From Pseudovirgaria hyperparasitica (taxonomy: Eukaryota), in NCBI GenBank assembly GCA_010093815.1, contig ML996574.1: a DNA stretch of 64,000 nt. One strand, written 5' to 3'. The notes under the pieces were generated by a model. It had not been told where the DNA came from. It did no database searches and saw only the letters and a list, made by a program, of their open reading frames with translations. The position numbers and the translations under genes were made by a program. Shown here piece by piece: positions 48,118 through 60,125 of the stretch (the first letter of the stretch is position 1; every line of letters begins with the position of its first letter).

Positions 48118-49524
48118 TTAATTCTTGCTCAATATCTCGGCGAGCTCCTTCACGACTGCGTCACCAACCTCAGAGGTTGTGTTCTTTCCTCCAATGTCCG
48201 CAGTCTTCACTCCATTCTCAATAGCCCTTCGGACTGCCTCGTCCACGGCCTTGGCGATGTCGGGTAGGCATAGCGAGTACTTCAGCATCATGCCTATTGA
48301 CAGGATTGCAGCGACGGGATTCACTATTCCTTGTCCGGCAATGTCGGGTGCCGAGCCTGTTATGGGTCAGTGACTACACGACTGCAAGGAATAATCCTGG
48401 CTCACCATGAATTGGCTCGTAAACACCATTGACTCTTGTCTTTCCGTCAGGGATAGACATAAGACTGGCACTTGGAAGCAGCCCAAGACTACCCGGAATG
48501 ACGCTAGCTTCGTCACTGATGATATCACCAAACAGATTACTTGTCACGACGATTCCGTTCAGTGCGCGCGGGTTCCTGACCATGAGCATAGCTGCAGAGT
48601 CAATGAGGTGGTGTGTGATGGACAGCTGCGGGAACTCGTTCTTCATTATGTCCGTCACCGTCGCACGCCAGAGCCGACTCGTTGCCATGACGTTGGCCTT
48701 GTCGAGGCTGAACACAGGCAAGGGAGGTTTTTCTTGCAGAGCGAGGTACGCCGCCAGTCGTGTCACACGAGCAATCTCGTCGCGCGTGTATTCCTCAGTG
48801 TCGAAGGCGAAGCCCTTGTCGTCTACCTCTTGCCTCTTTCCAAAGTATATGCCGCCTGTCAACTCGCGGATGATGTTGAAGTTTACACCTTTGCATACCG
48901 ACTCTTTCAAGGGGGAGTTCTCGACGAGGCTCTCGGATGCGAAGAAGCAGGGTCGCAGGTTGCCGAAAAGCTGGAGCTCTTTCCGAAGCTTCAGGATACC
49001 TTGCTCTGGGCGGACTTGACCAGTGCCCCATTTCTATATGGCTTTAGCATGACAGTCTCACTGCGTGCAGGTAGTTGTTACCGGTCCTCCGACAGCGCCG
49101 AGAAAAATCGCATTGGCATTGCTCGCGGCCGTGAGCGCGTCGTCCGTGAGAGGCGATCCCGTCGCGTCAATTGAACACTGTCTGACCGTGAGTGACGAAC
49201 TGGTGCTGTGATGCGCAAGCTATCTTACGCCTCCAAGTAGCTGGTTATCGATCTCAAAGGAGATGTCAGGCCTTGACTTTTCGATCGTCTTGAGCACCTA
49301 GTAACTCCCTGTTAAAACCCACTTATCCGCGTTTCTGGATGGTTTACTGACCTTGAGTGCTTCTGCTGTGACCTACATGGTGTGAGCGCGAGTTGCCAAT
49401 GGTTGAGCTCTGCAACTTACTTCAGGTCCGCAATAGTCGCCTGCAAATATTAACTCTGGTCAATTGAACAGTTGGACAAATGTAGCTGCGTACCTGCAAA
49501 GACGACAATCTTGAAAGCGCCCAT
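48118..49524 (-). CDS. LEU2: 3-isopropylmalate dehydrogenase; 7 exons including 20-nt (49440-49421) and 21-nt (49372-49352) exons
   Basis: [27 protein letters not shown]...LGAVGGP|KW...[59 protein letters not shown]. Confidence 0.97.
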
Positions 49525-49609
49525 GGTAAATGATACAGAGCGGAGGTCAACGTTTTTGTTGGCTGTCAATATATCGACTATCGCGAAAGCACGAAGCCTC
49601 CAAGACTTT

Positions 49610-49620
49610 CCGCATGCCGG
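49610..49620. promoter_or_regulatory. Candidate Leu3/LeuB binding site CCG-N5-CGG upstream of leu2
   Basis: CCGcatgcCGG, 86 bp upstream of the leu2 ATG. Confidence 0.45.
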
Positions 49621-49950
49621 CGGGGTTGGCGGGGACGGTTCAGGCGATATCGGCGCTTGTTACAGCTGTCCGGAGCGAAGAAAGGAGTCTAGCTCCAATC
49701 AGGCTTAGTTCTATTTACGACTGATCCAAGGACACAACAGAGGTTTCGTTTTCCACATTCAGGAGACATCCTAACGCTAGGAATTGACTGCAGTGGAACG
49801 TGTAGCTACCAGCACAAGATGCCATGATTACTATGGCGTTGCTGAAGACTACATCTGGGATACATAGAGAGGTAGGAAGTGATGTGCTTCCCATATGCTC
49901 GTCAACCATTTCAAGCAGCGACATGTATTCACGATTACTCTCCATGGTCA

Positions 49951-51426
49951 TCATTCTTTGCTAATCTCTTCTGCAACCGCTTCCAAACTCTCCTTGAAAA
50001 TTGAACATGCCGTGCTCAATTCCTCCTCCGATATCTTCAACGCTGGTATAAAACGTAGTACGTCAAACACACTTGTACTCAGCAGCAGCATATTCCGCTT
50101 CAAGCATTCCTGGACCACCTTTGGTGCGATCTGGGGCTGCTGCTTCGCGAACATTGCAGCAGCGTTTTGCGATCCAGCTTTGGATGGCGTGCGTGCAAAT
50201 TGCAAGCCGACCATCAACCCTCGCCCACGAACGTCTTCGATGAGATTGCCAGCCTTGGTACCGCTCGCCTTGAGCTCGTTCAGGAAACCAAAAAGCTGCT
50301 TCGACCGCGCTGCGACATTGTCGAGCACCTTCTCCTCCTTGAAGACCTGCAGCACTGCCCTTGCTGCCGCACACGCCACTGCATTGCCCGCATACGTCCC
50401 ACCCATACTGCCAGGCTTCTGCTTATCCATTAGTTCCTTACTCGCCACGATGCCAGACAGTGGGAAGCCGTTCGCAACGCCCTTTGCGAATATCAACACG
50501 TCAGGACGCACACCAGATTCTTCGACGAAGAACATGGTGCCAGTGCGGCCGTAGCCGGATTGAACCTCGTCACAGATGAGTAGGATGTTGTTCTCGTCAC
50601 AGATACGGCGTAGACCGTGGAGGAACTCTGGCGGTGCTGGCACATAGCCGCCTTCGCCAAGGACGGGCTCCAGGAGAATCGCTGCCGTGTCAGACGGGGC
50701 TGTTTGTTGCTGTAGGGTCAGTTTGAGTTGATGTAGAGCCTCAGTGACGAGTTCCTCGGTGCTGTTCTCCGGCGTTGCGCACCATTGGCTATAATACGGG
50801 AATGCGGTTGCGAAGACTCCACTCATAAGCGGACCATGGCCTTCGCCGTATATGGTCTTGCTGCGTGTTAATGAAGCTGTGGCGTTCGTACGGCCATGGT
50901 ACGAGCCCTGCATGACGATGATGTTTGGCTTCTTTGTAGCTGCACGTGCGAGTTTGACTGCGGCTTCGACGGCTTCAGCGCCAGAGTTCCAAAAGAAGAA
51001 TGTGTCGAGCGACTTGTGCGGCATGATCGGGAGCATATCTTGGATGAGCTCGACTTGGGTCTTGTTGAAGCCAATGTTGACTTGAGCATGGGTGATCTTC
51101 ATGCATTGTTTCGCGGCGGCCTCGCTGACCTTGGGGTGACAATGGCCTAGATTGACGACGCCAATGCCGGAGGTTAGATCGAGAAGCTTGACGCCTTTGT
51201 CGGTGGTGATGTAGCTTCCTTTCCCTTCCTCAAAGACGTGCTTGGTGAGACGGCCAATGCCTTTGGTGATGTGTGCCTCGCCAAACGCGGCGGCATCGAA
51301 GCTCTCTTTCTCCTGTGTAGTCATGGTTGACGAGAATGATCGCGTTGATGAGACGGTGGACCTCAGAGCAGATGCAGAGGAAGGAAAAAGTCTACGCAGG
51401 GCTGGGGCAGTCTTGTATAGACTCAT
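49951..51426 (-). CDS. Class III PLP aminotransferase (GabT/ArgD-like) with a mitochondrial presequence; intronless
   Basis: LLDLTSGIGVVNLGH, NSGAEAVEAAVKLAR, SYHGRT, EPVLGEGG, DEVQSGYGRTG, FAKG (PLP Lys), GGTYAGN, VRGRGLM. Confidence 0.95.
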   Translation of the reverse strand: MSLYKTAPALRRLFPSSASALRSTVSSTRSFSSTMTTQEKESFDAAAFGEAHITKGIGRLTKHVFEEGKGSYITTDKGVKLLDLTSGIGVVNLGHCHPKVSEAAAKQCMKITHAQVNIGFNKTQVELIQDMLPIMPHKSLDTFFFWNSGAEAVEAAVKLARAATKKPNIIVMQGSYHGRTNATASLTRSKTIYGEGHGPLMSGVFATAFPYYSQWCATPENSTEELVTEALHQLKLTLQQQTAPSDTAAILLEPVLGEGGYVPAPPEFLHGLRRICDENNILLICDEVQSGYGRTGTMFFVEESGVRPDVLIFAKGVANGFPLSGIVASKELMDKQKPGSMGGTYAGNAVACAAARAVLQVFKEEKVLDNVAARSKQLFGFLNELKASGTKAGNLIEDVRGRGLMVGLQFARTPSKAGSQNAAAMFAKQQPQIAPKVVQECLKRNMLLLSTSVFDVLRFIPALKISEEELSTACSIFKESLEAVAEEISKE

Positions 51427-53138
51427 AGTGTATCCAAGATGTTTCCAGCCAACAAACCACGGGCGGTCTCACACCTCAGTAGATGTTGATGACTTGATAA
51501 GCGGTGGGGACGACAGTGAGTAAGCAGACTCGCGCCGAAAGAGGAGGCTCGATACGGCGATGCTGATGCCTGAGGCATACCAGCGAATGGTTGTGGCACG
51601 TGTCCGTCATGAGAGAGTCCATCACTCTTCTTAATTACTCGTTATCATTCTCTTCTTACAGCATTTCCATCTCAGCTGTGACCACATCACATTGTCGACT
51701 GGAATTTAAGTCAGTGGCGATGGTCCTGAGATTCTGGCGCATTGTGTAAAGAGAAATGCCTTAAGTATCAACATCACCAACAATTATATCGCCAGGGCGC
51801 GCATGCAGCAGAGAAACCTTGAACTAGTCATCGAAAATTTACGGAAGAGACCGAAAGAGATGCGCTAACGCTACCATGGAGCAATGCTCAGCAATATACA
51901 ATATAATGGAGAGTAAGGTTGTGAGTCGCTGCATCAGGCCCCGTGTTGCGCGGTCTCGACCTCACGCAGAGCGTCAGTGCATCGCTCACGCCATGACGAT
52001 GCGTCAAATTCATCTCATTTGTACGTGGACTCGTCAGACTAATGGAGTGGCTATATATATCTAGTTACTGAATTTCCAAACAGAGTTACGACTGAGCTGC
52101 GACTGAGCTGCGACTGATCATGATAGCTCTATGCAGGAGCTGATCTGATGCCCTCCGAGGCTGTGTCGCGTCGCCCTTATGCGACACGACAGGCTGTGTA
52201 TGCTTCGTAACCTCTCCCCAATCGAGCTGAGGCTAGCCAAGACAGAGAAGGTTTGGCACTTGATTCCACGCATAGGGGCGCAGCTGTAGACCGCCATGAC
52301 GACACAGTCGCAATGCCAACACCGCCAGTCGCATTCTCAGAAAGCTTGTCGACTAAGTACTGATGCGTCGTAGCGGGCGATCTTAAAGACTTCAAATTCG
52401 AAAAGCAGTGGCTTTTCTGCAGTGGCTTTTTGTATTTATTTCCCGAACGCAAGCGCTTACTCAGCCTTGTTTTGCCTAGATGCGCGTTACGTTACCCCCG
52501 GAAAAGCATGCAGCCCTGCGGCGGAACAATCCGAATACGAACCCGATGTAGGAATTCGATAATCCTCATGAGAAGAATAATGATAATAATATTAATATAA
52601 AGCTCACGCGTCCACTCAAGTTGTCACGCAGAATTCTTTATTGCTAAGTCGACAAATAGTCTCTATAAACACACTGCTTGTGCAAATGTATACATACCCA
52701 GATGCAAAGATAGAACAACGTGTTGCTCCAATGGTTTGCTTGATGCCTTAGGGCATATCTGACTCGTAGCTGTCGTAAATCCCTTGCTTGACATGAAGAG
52801 CATGGAGAACTTGGCAAGATAGCCAAGACGTAATGCTCTCCTACGAGCCAGCAGCATCTCTGGGCTCTACATGTCGTCGTACTTGTGCATTCATAAAGTA
52901 GTAAGAGTGTAAAATACCAGTTTGCTCGAGGAAATTACAGGGTGGTACGATGCTTTCTAACGGCCCGATAAGGAAAGATGTGTTGGCTCCAGTGATATGC
53001 GGCAGTGATCAGCAGACGGGCCGCCCCATATATCATAGTTATATCAAGTAGCGGCCCTGCCCAAAGACAAAATATCCGAGAGGGGGTTCAGGTATGATTT
53101 CACTCAAAACACTCACTCCGAAGGCTTCGTACTCCAGG

Positions 53139-54968
53139 ATGGACAAGTCCGAGACTGAGGCCGCAGAGTAAGTGACAACTCTCCACCATCTAGGTGTCCG
53201 CTCGCCCTCATATACACGCCTCTGACGGCCTTTTGTAGCGTACCGGTCACGGAGGAGCCCGTCGCGCCATGGATCTCTTCGCCCATGTTGAGATGGAATG
53301 GCGAGACTGAAGCATTCTCGCCGCGACACGAAGCCTCCACCATCGAGCTCTTCTTCGATCTCTTCTTCGTCGCCAATCTCGCCACTTTCACCGACTACCA
53401 TGCCATCACGAACTGGGACAACTTTGGCTCGTATATTGCCTTCTTCGCCATCCTCTGGGTCTCATGGTTCCAAATCACCACGTTCGACGTCAGATTCGCC
53501 GCCGACTCGGTCTGGGAGCGAGGCTGCAAAGTCGTGCATTGTCTCTACTTCATCTCCATTATGTTGGTCGGATACAAGGCCGAGCCATCGTTCGTAGATC
53601 CGAAAATTCCAGATTGGGTGCATCAAACGCTGTGTTTCGCCATGTTGATAAATCGCGCCTGGCTGGGCATACAATATCTAGTCACCACCATATACAGCAC
53701 CAGACCCGGCCATCACCCAAAGGACGTTGTTCTGCCGCTTGCGATTCAGTCAGGTCTATTCTTCCTCACGGGCGGAGTCTACGGTGCGCTCGCCGGGACT
53801 TTCCATGACAGGAAAGGCGACATTGCCGGTTTCTACTCCGCCATCTACCTGACCCTGACGATAGAGTTGATGGCCACTCTGGGAATCAGCATGCGATGGC
53901 GCAAACTGTCCTTCCGTGCAACACATCTCAACGAGCGACTCGGCTTGCTCGGCATCATCATCATCGGCGAGGGTGTGATCGGTCTGACAAAAACAATCAT
54001 CAACACCATGGGCAGGACAGGTCCCGACTATCTCTACTACGCGCTGATATTCTGCAACGTCTTGATCCTCGTAAGTATCTCGCGTCATTTCTACCATCCT
54101 CACTGCTGACCACGCTCAACAGCTCTTCATGTGGCAACTCTACTACGACAACCTCCCACGCTACCGCTTCGGCACCATCAAACAACAGCTCTGGGCCGCC
54201 CTCCACTTCCCCATGCACCTCGCCATCCTCGGCGTCGCCGAAGGCACCCGCCAGATCATCCTCGCCTACTTCGCCGTCGAGCACGAAGACCTCGTCCTCG
54301 GCGACGTAACCAACGCCTGCAACACCGAACACCTCGACGGCACCGCCCTCTCCGAACGTCTCAGCAAGACAATCAAAAGCCTCAAGCTCGACTCCTCCTG
54401 CCCCGGCCGCGAGAGCCTGCCCTTCATCTACGACCAGATCGCCCTCCTCGGCAACTCCACCGGCGTATGCAGCGCCGCAAACATAACCAACCCGGACAAC
54501 GTCGCGCCCGGGCTCGGCGGCGTGCCACGCGCCTTCGTAGACTACATCTCGCGCGCCACCGGCGGCGTCGTGCAGTCGCTCAACATCGAATACATCCCCG
54601 AGGCCGAGGCGTCCGGTCTGGCACAGAGCATGTCCGCGCGCAAGGTCGTCTACAACTACTACTGGGGCGCCATCCTGCTTCTGCTCGCCTGTCTAACCGC
54701 GTCGGCGCTGCTTGCCAAGGAGGGCCACCGGCTCGCGAGGATGCGCACGGTCAGTGTGGTCGTGCGGAGCGGCGTCGTGATGACCGTGGCCATGCTGCTG
54801 ATGCTGGGCAATCTGTGGAAGGAGTTCCTGCGCCAGTTCAATGGCAGTCCGTGGGTGCTGCCGACGGTCGTGTTCATGTTCTGGGTTGTGGCGCTGGGCG
54901 ATCGGTATAGCAAGGGCCGGTTGCAGAAGAAGCGTGAGGAACAGGCTGCTGGGGCGGCTTCGTCGTAG
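53139..54968 (+). CDS. Low-temperature-requirement A (LtrA)-like polytopic membrane protein; exons 53139-53167, 53239-54070, 54123-54968
   Basis: HEASTIELFFDLFFVANL, FDVRF..DS..ER, THLNERLGLLGIIIIGEGVI, QLWAALHFPMHLAI; GT-AG introns with CTGAC branch points. Confidence 0.9.
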
Positions 54969-56819
54969 ACTGTACTGTGACTTTGACTTTACTTTGTCTT
55001 GGCATTGGGGGGTGTGAAAATTTGATTGAAAAATATGTAATTAGCATTGCGCACTGCAGTATACACATACACACACGAATAGACACAAACCAAATTTTCT
55101 TTCCTCTCATCAGTAATTACAACCCACAACCTTTCAAACCCAATTTCAAGACCCATAATACCACAGATTCACATTCTTGGCATTCCGCCCCGTGCACTCC
55201 CTACCTAAACCCTCCATCCAACCCACGACTCGCGTGCATGCATACAGCGCAATTTAAACCCCCTATCCTACCCTATCCTATCCCATCCCATCTAATAACA
55301 CGCATCCCCACCCCACATCCCACATCCCATGTGTCCATGCACCGGGCATGGAACATTCCAAACTTCGGCACTAGTTATTAGAAGACCGGGGACCGGGACC
55401 GGGGACGGGCTAGTCATGGAACATAAGCTTAAGTATAAACTCTGCTGGTGTTTTCTAAATATAGATTTGTGATTCGGGATGGATAGGGGGAGGGGTTTGT
55501 GGAATGGGAATTATGGTATTTTGGGTGGTTTTTTTTCCCGGTCTGAGTTGACTCTTCTCATGCTATTCAAGTTGTTCGAGAGTATGGTTTGTGGTGGTCT
55601 TGATTTGGCTTGACTTTACGGTTCATGCCTCGTTCTGTTGCGAGTGAGTGTGGAGGTGTATTGTGGAGGTGTGTGGATACTGGCGAATGTGAACGTGCAG
55701 TCTGAGACTGACGTTTAAGTCTTTTTGTGTCCGTTGCGGGTAGGTGATGTTGGGATTCTGGGCATGGGATATGGCTGTGGGTGTGAGCGCACTGGCGTGC
55801 TTTAGTGCTGTAGGTTGTTGCCGGGTCTAGGAACCTGGTGGACGCGTATATATGTGCGTATTGTGAGGATGATGATGATGTTCATGACAATGCTAGCGAC
55901 AATACCGATCGACATAAACCAACAAACGAACAAACGACCGCACCAAAACACAAATTAGCACAACCTCAAACTAAAACTCACCGTCCATCGTCATCCCGTG
56001 CGTACTTTGACACCCAATGTCGACTACTACCAGTCGCTAGATGGTAGTCAGACAGCATCATTGCTGACAGTCGAAACGCGGTGTTTGCTAGTCTCTTGTA
56101 CTTTTGTTCATGGTAGAAATTGTTGGACTCGAGGTTCGGTTCGGGACTAGGATTGGTGTGGTGGTGTTGATGAGATTCATTACAGTGTGGTCGGCTGGTG
56201 ATGCTGCTATGAGACTGAGGGCTACTATGTTAATGTGTGGATGAGGCGAGTGGTGGACTAGACTGTTGCGAAGGGACGGATGGACGTAATCTTGGGTCTG
56301 TGGGGAAAAAGGAGGGAGGGAGCGAAGGAGATAGGGAATATATCTATATGTGTCTTGTCAGGATGATGTTTAGCTTTTTTTGTCATGGTCTTTGTGCATT
56401 GTTGAGCTTAATGGCTATGAATCCGGGCATTCGAATTCGAGTGCTTGCAAGATGTCATTGCTATCATGACGATGTATGTCTCTGCGCGATGATGTGGTCA
56501 TAGAGGGGTGTCAGTGTAAACTTGCCATGCGCAAATGGGTAGACTGTGACTGCGAAAGCGTGCCTGTAACTTTGGTCTCGTGGCCGTACTTTCTACGGCC
56601 TTGCCATGGAGATATGAGGTTGGATGGGCTGTGGCGGTGGCAGTGATATTTTATTATCATGGTATCTACAGCACTCATTGGTTTCGAATTGACGGTGATA
56701 GTCTATTATGAGACGAAGATGTACATGACCAAATTCCGCTTGCCTGGGTTTCCAGAAGCTTCATCGTGTTTTCTTCATCGCTTCCTAGCCATGCTACAGC
56801 GCCAGGCAACTTCGAGCTC

Positions 56820-57961
56820 TTATGAGATTCCAGTTTGCACCGGCCGCAAGCTCAAGGAGTGTCGCGCTTCAAGCATGTGTAGATACTGAAGTGGCACCGC
56901 TTCATACTTCTCTCTGCCGATGAACCTCCAGTACCTCTGCTGCCTCATCTTGTCTTCCTTCTCTGTCTTGTCTTCCCTCTCTGTCTTGTCTTCCCTCTCT
57001 GTCTTGTCTTCCCTCTCTGTCTTGTCTTCCCTCTCTGTCTTGTCTTCCCTCTCTGTCTTGGCTCTCCCAACTCCTCTTTTCATCCCTCTCTTTCTTGTGT
57101 CTGTGCTGATACGACGGCAACTTCCAGTATCAATGGTCAGCAGTCAAGTTCTCTGAACGCAGACTGCTCTGCAACGACACTGCGCCATTTGAGGGCAAGC
57201 ATTTCCAGACATACCTAACAGTTGTACTCCGTCAGCCTCTCTATGTCTCTTTCTAGCACTACTAGCTATTACTTTTAGATCCTTCTGGTAACTGTCCAGG
57301 TCAAGCCCAGAGACGCCAGATATGCTAGACTCTCCATGGTGCCTTGCTCCGCCGAATGTGCCTAGACATTGTATCGCTCCTATGCGTATTTCTCGCATGG
57401 CAGGACTGGCAAGTATATGACTACTCCGCACTCTAATCTTTTGCTGTGGGTGCCAGAGATGTTCTCTTTCTAGCATAGTAGCCACCTTCATATTTTGCTC
57501 GCCTCGTCAATGTAACCCTGTGATGAGGTATCGCTTATAAGTTATGTGTCTCGTCGTTCGCTTGTAGCAGATATTATCGCGACTAACGATGAACTCTTGC
57601 GAAGTGTCAATCGTTTTATCTCTAATAATCGTACAATCTCTTACTGTCGCCCCTTTGGAGCCTTGCTTTCCGTTTCTTCTTATGCACCTGTGTCCGTTAT
57701 CTCAAGCTGTATACGAGGTTCTACATAAGATGTTAGCAAAGCCGTAGAGCTATCGGAACTGAGTGCTTTGATATACTGTGTAGCTGCTCTGTCTCTTGTC
57801 TGCTCGTGGTGTTATGAGTCTGGTATGCCCACGTTCTGCCGCACTGTAGTCTGTTGTATGGTATTTTGCTGGCCTACCTAGTCGTTATGTTGTAGCGACT
57901 TTCCTATCGTCGCCTGGCGTTTGCGATGCGCTGTTATCGCAGATAGAAGTGTGACGTACAT
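56820..57961 (-). pseudogene. Possible decayed gene (RIP-like)
   Basis: One frame from ATG 57961 reads as a hydrophilic protein interrupted by TAG/TAA, and continues after a frameshift into ORF 57491-57144. The stop count is not far below random expectation. Confidence 0.35.
56948..57060. repeat. 18-bp minisatellite (TCTTGTCTTCCCTCTCTG)n, about 6 copies
   Basis: Read directly; encodes (EDKTER)n on the minus strand. Confidence 0.95.
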
Positions 57962-59930
57962 TGTGGTATCACTGTAGAAAGTATCTCCACGACACGGAAG
58001 CCTGGAGGTAAATGGAAAGACGGGACGTGCAAAGAACAATCAGGTTCGCCATCTGGCACTCACGTCAGCTGTCATCTCTTTCAATTCGTTGCTGCCGGCG
58101 ATATATTACCTGTACTGTTTCTTTTGTGTGTTGTCGTGTCTATTATCTCTCTCTCGGATTCGTGCCGCTGCTGTAGTGATAATTAGTAGCGCCAAAGTCG
58201 ACACTATATAGTATTGCTCATTACGACAGGTTGCGTATGCGATACACACAGGTGTGGGAGGAAGAGTGAGGACTTGGCGACATTCGTCTATGCAATGTGT
58301 AAGAGATCGCTTGACGGTAAAGGTTGTGAGTTGGCTAGTTTGATGTTTGGTACTATATCGAGGCTCTCAAGCTCACACGAAGCGGGCAATAATCAACTCG
58401 TCCGAGAGCGGTAGCGTAAACATCAACATGGGAGACATAGGGTGGGCGAAACAACTCCTATCTCATTCTTGTCCAGCAAGATTCGACGACACAGACCAGC
58501 CTTGATCAAAATCTATGGAACTCCAATTTAGGATTAAGTCGACACTGTTAGAGTACACTACTTATCTATGAGACTTGTACATGCTAATTGATCGCAGGGT
58601 GTCAGATTGTAAAAATGGATTATTCTACTTGTTACATATTTCTCCTCTATGTTAATATCTAGCTACTTGATTGCAAGCTCTCCTACAAAGGTAGATGCAA
58701 TAGTGATGATGCCAATGCTAGAAGGACAGGAGATCATGACTCTCTATACTCCTGCATTGGACATGCCGTTTCTTAGATCTCGCAAGATCTCATGGGGAAA
58801 ATCAGCCTCGGCAGGTCATTGACTACATGGTAACATGGGACAGTGATGATCATGAATACACAGATTGATAGTGCACAAATTTTAATTCCCTACTTTGACT
58901 ATTTCTGCTATCTACGATTCGTTGTGGGAACGCACTAATATAGACCTCTGTATTTGGACAAGAGGCAAGTCTATACGAAAGCCTTCTCCCGAGTATATAC
59001 CACTCGTCGCTAGAGCCTAAGCAAGCAGCTTCATGAGCCTTATTGAAAGACACACCCTTGATCACTTTCAGATGCACTAGCCTGGAATGGCTTGTGCCTA
59101 CAAATGAATGAATGCGTCGCCGATGAGATCCCGTGCGATCTCTAACTGGCGGACCTAGGACTCTGCTATACTCATTGACCAATTACAATCTCGATATGCC
59201 AAGAGCCATATATTTGTCATAGTCCAAGAGTCACTTCCAGTGTCCAGGGACATGTCAACACGATGCGTTGAATATGAACCCTGTTATGCCCTTACTTATG
59301 TTCGACTACCCGTCTATTTCGGCTATAGAAAATCAGGAACAGAGCTTCATGATGAGAAACCCGTCACAGAAAGCACTGGCCTCTTGCCACCTCCATCTCG
59401 CGTGCGTGAGCTGTACACACGAAGTGATTCTACAATGAAACACTGCGCAACTTTCCACTGTGCTGTAATCGCCGAACTCGCATAATATTAGGCCGATTGA
59501 GCTCCTACAATAGCTATTCCCACAAGCGGCTTACCATTACCTAATCTTCCTCATGATTCATCCCTGACTCCGATATACGGATCCTCAATCGTGCTATGTT
59601 AGCCGAAGCTACACGAGATCATGCCCATTGAGACTTCACAATAGCTGTTCTCATGAGCTCATGATAAGACCTATTCGTTGTCATCCCTTACAGCAGTACG
59701 TGGATCACGCCCGTGATCTGGAGACCCACATCACAAGCCAGGATGATTGATATTGGCATCGGCGGATGACCGGCGAACATGTACAAGAGCATGGTGTTCT
59801 ACTTTCCAGATGAGAAGTGAACAGCATAAAGCCCTATCTAGGACGTGTCAAGACACTCGGTTAGATCCAGAGCTTCACGCAGCTCAGTGTTGCTCAGCCC
59901 AAAGCAGCTTAGGAATCGAGGGTTGGAAAA

Positions 59931-59940
59931 GTATATAAAG
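59931..59940 (+). promoter_or_regulatory. TATA box of the orphan gene at 60126
   Basis: gTATATAAAG followed by a pyrimidine-rich leader. Confidence 0.55.
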
Positions 59941-60125
59941 AATAGCCCCTTCCATACTTCTTCTTTCCTACAAGATCTTCAGCTTCTCGAGTATCAATTC
60001 GTCGTCCAGTCTGCTCTTCTTCTACACACAAGCCCTCTCTACTTCAAGTCAAGCTCCCGCACATCATCAGCTGCTCTCCTTTCAAGCACACCTCACCATA
60101 ACACCACCTTCTAACTCTCGCAACC

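Noticed and set aside
52089..52860. 11-bp tandem repeat and short minus-strand ORFs; ATGGVGIAT resembles an enoyl-reductase nucleotide-binding loop
   Set aside because: A single short motif without flanking support.
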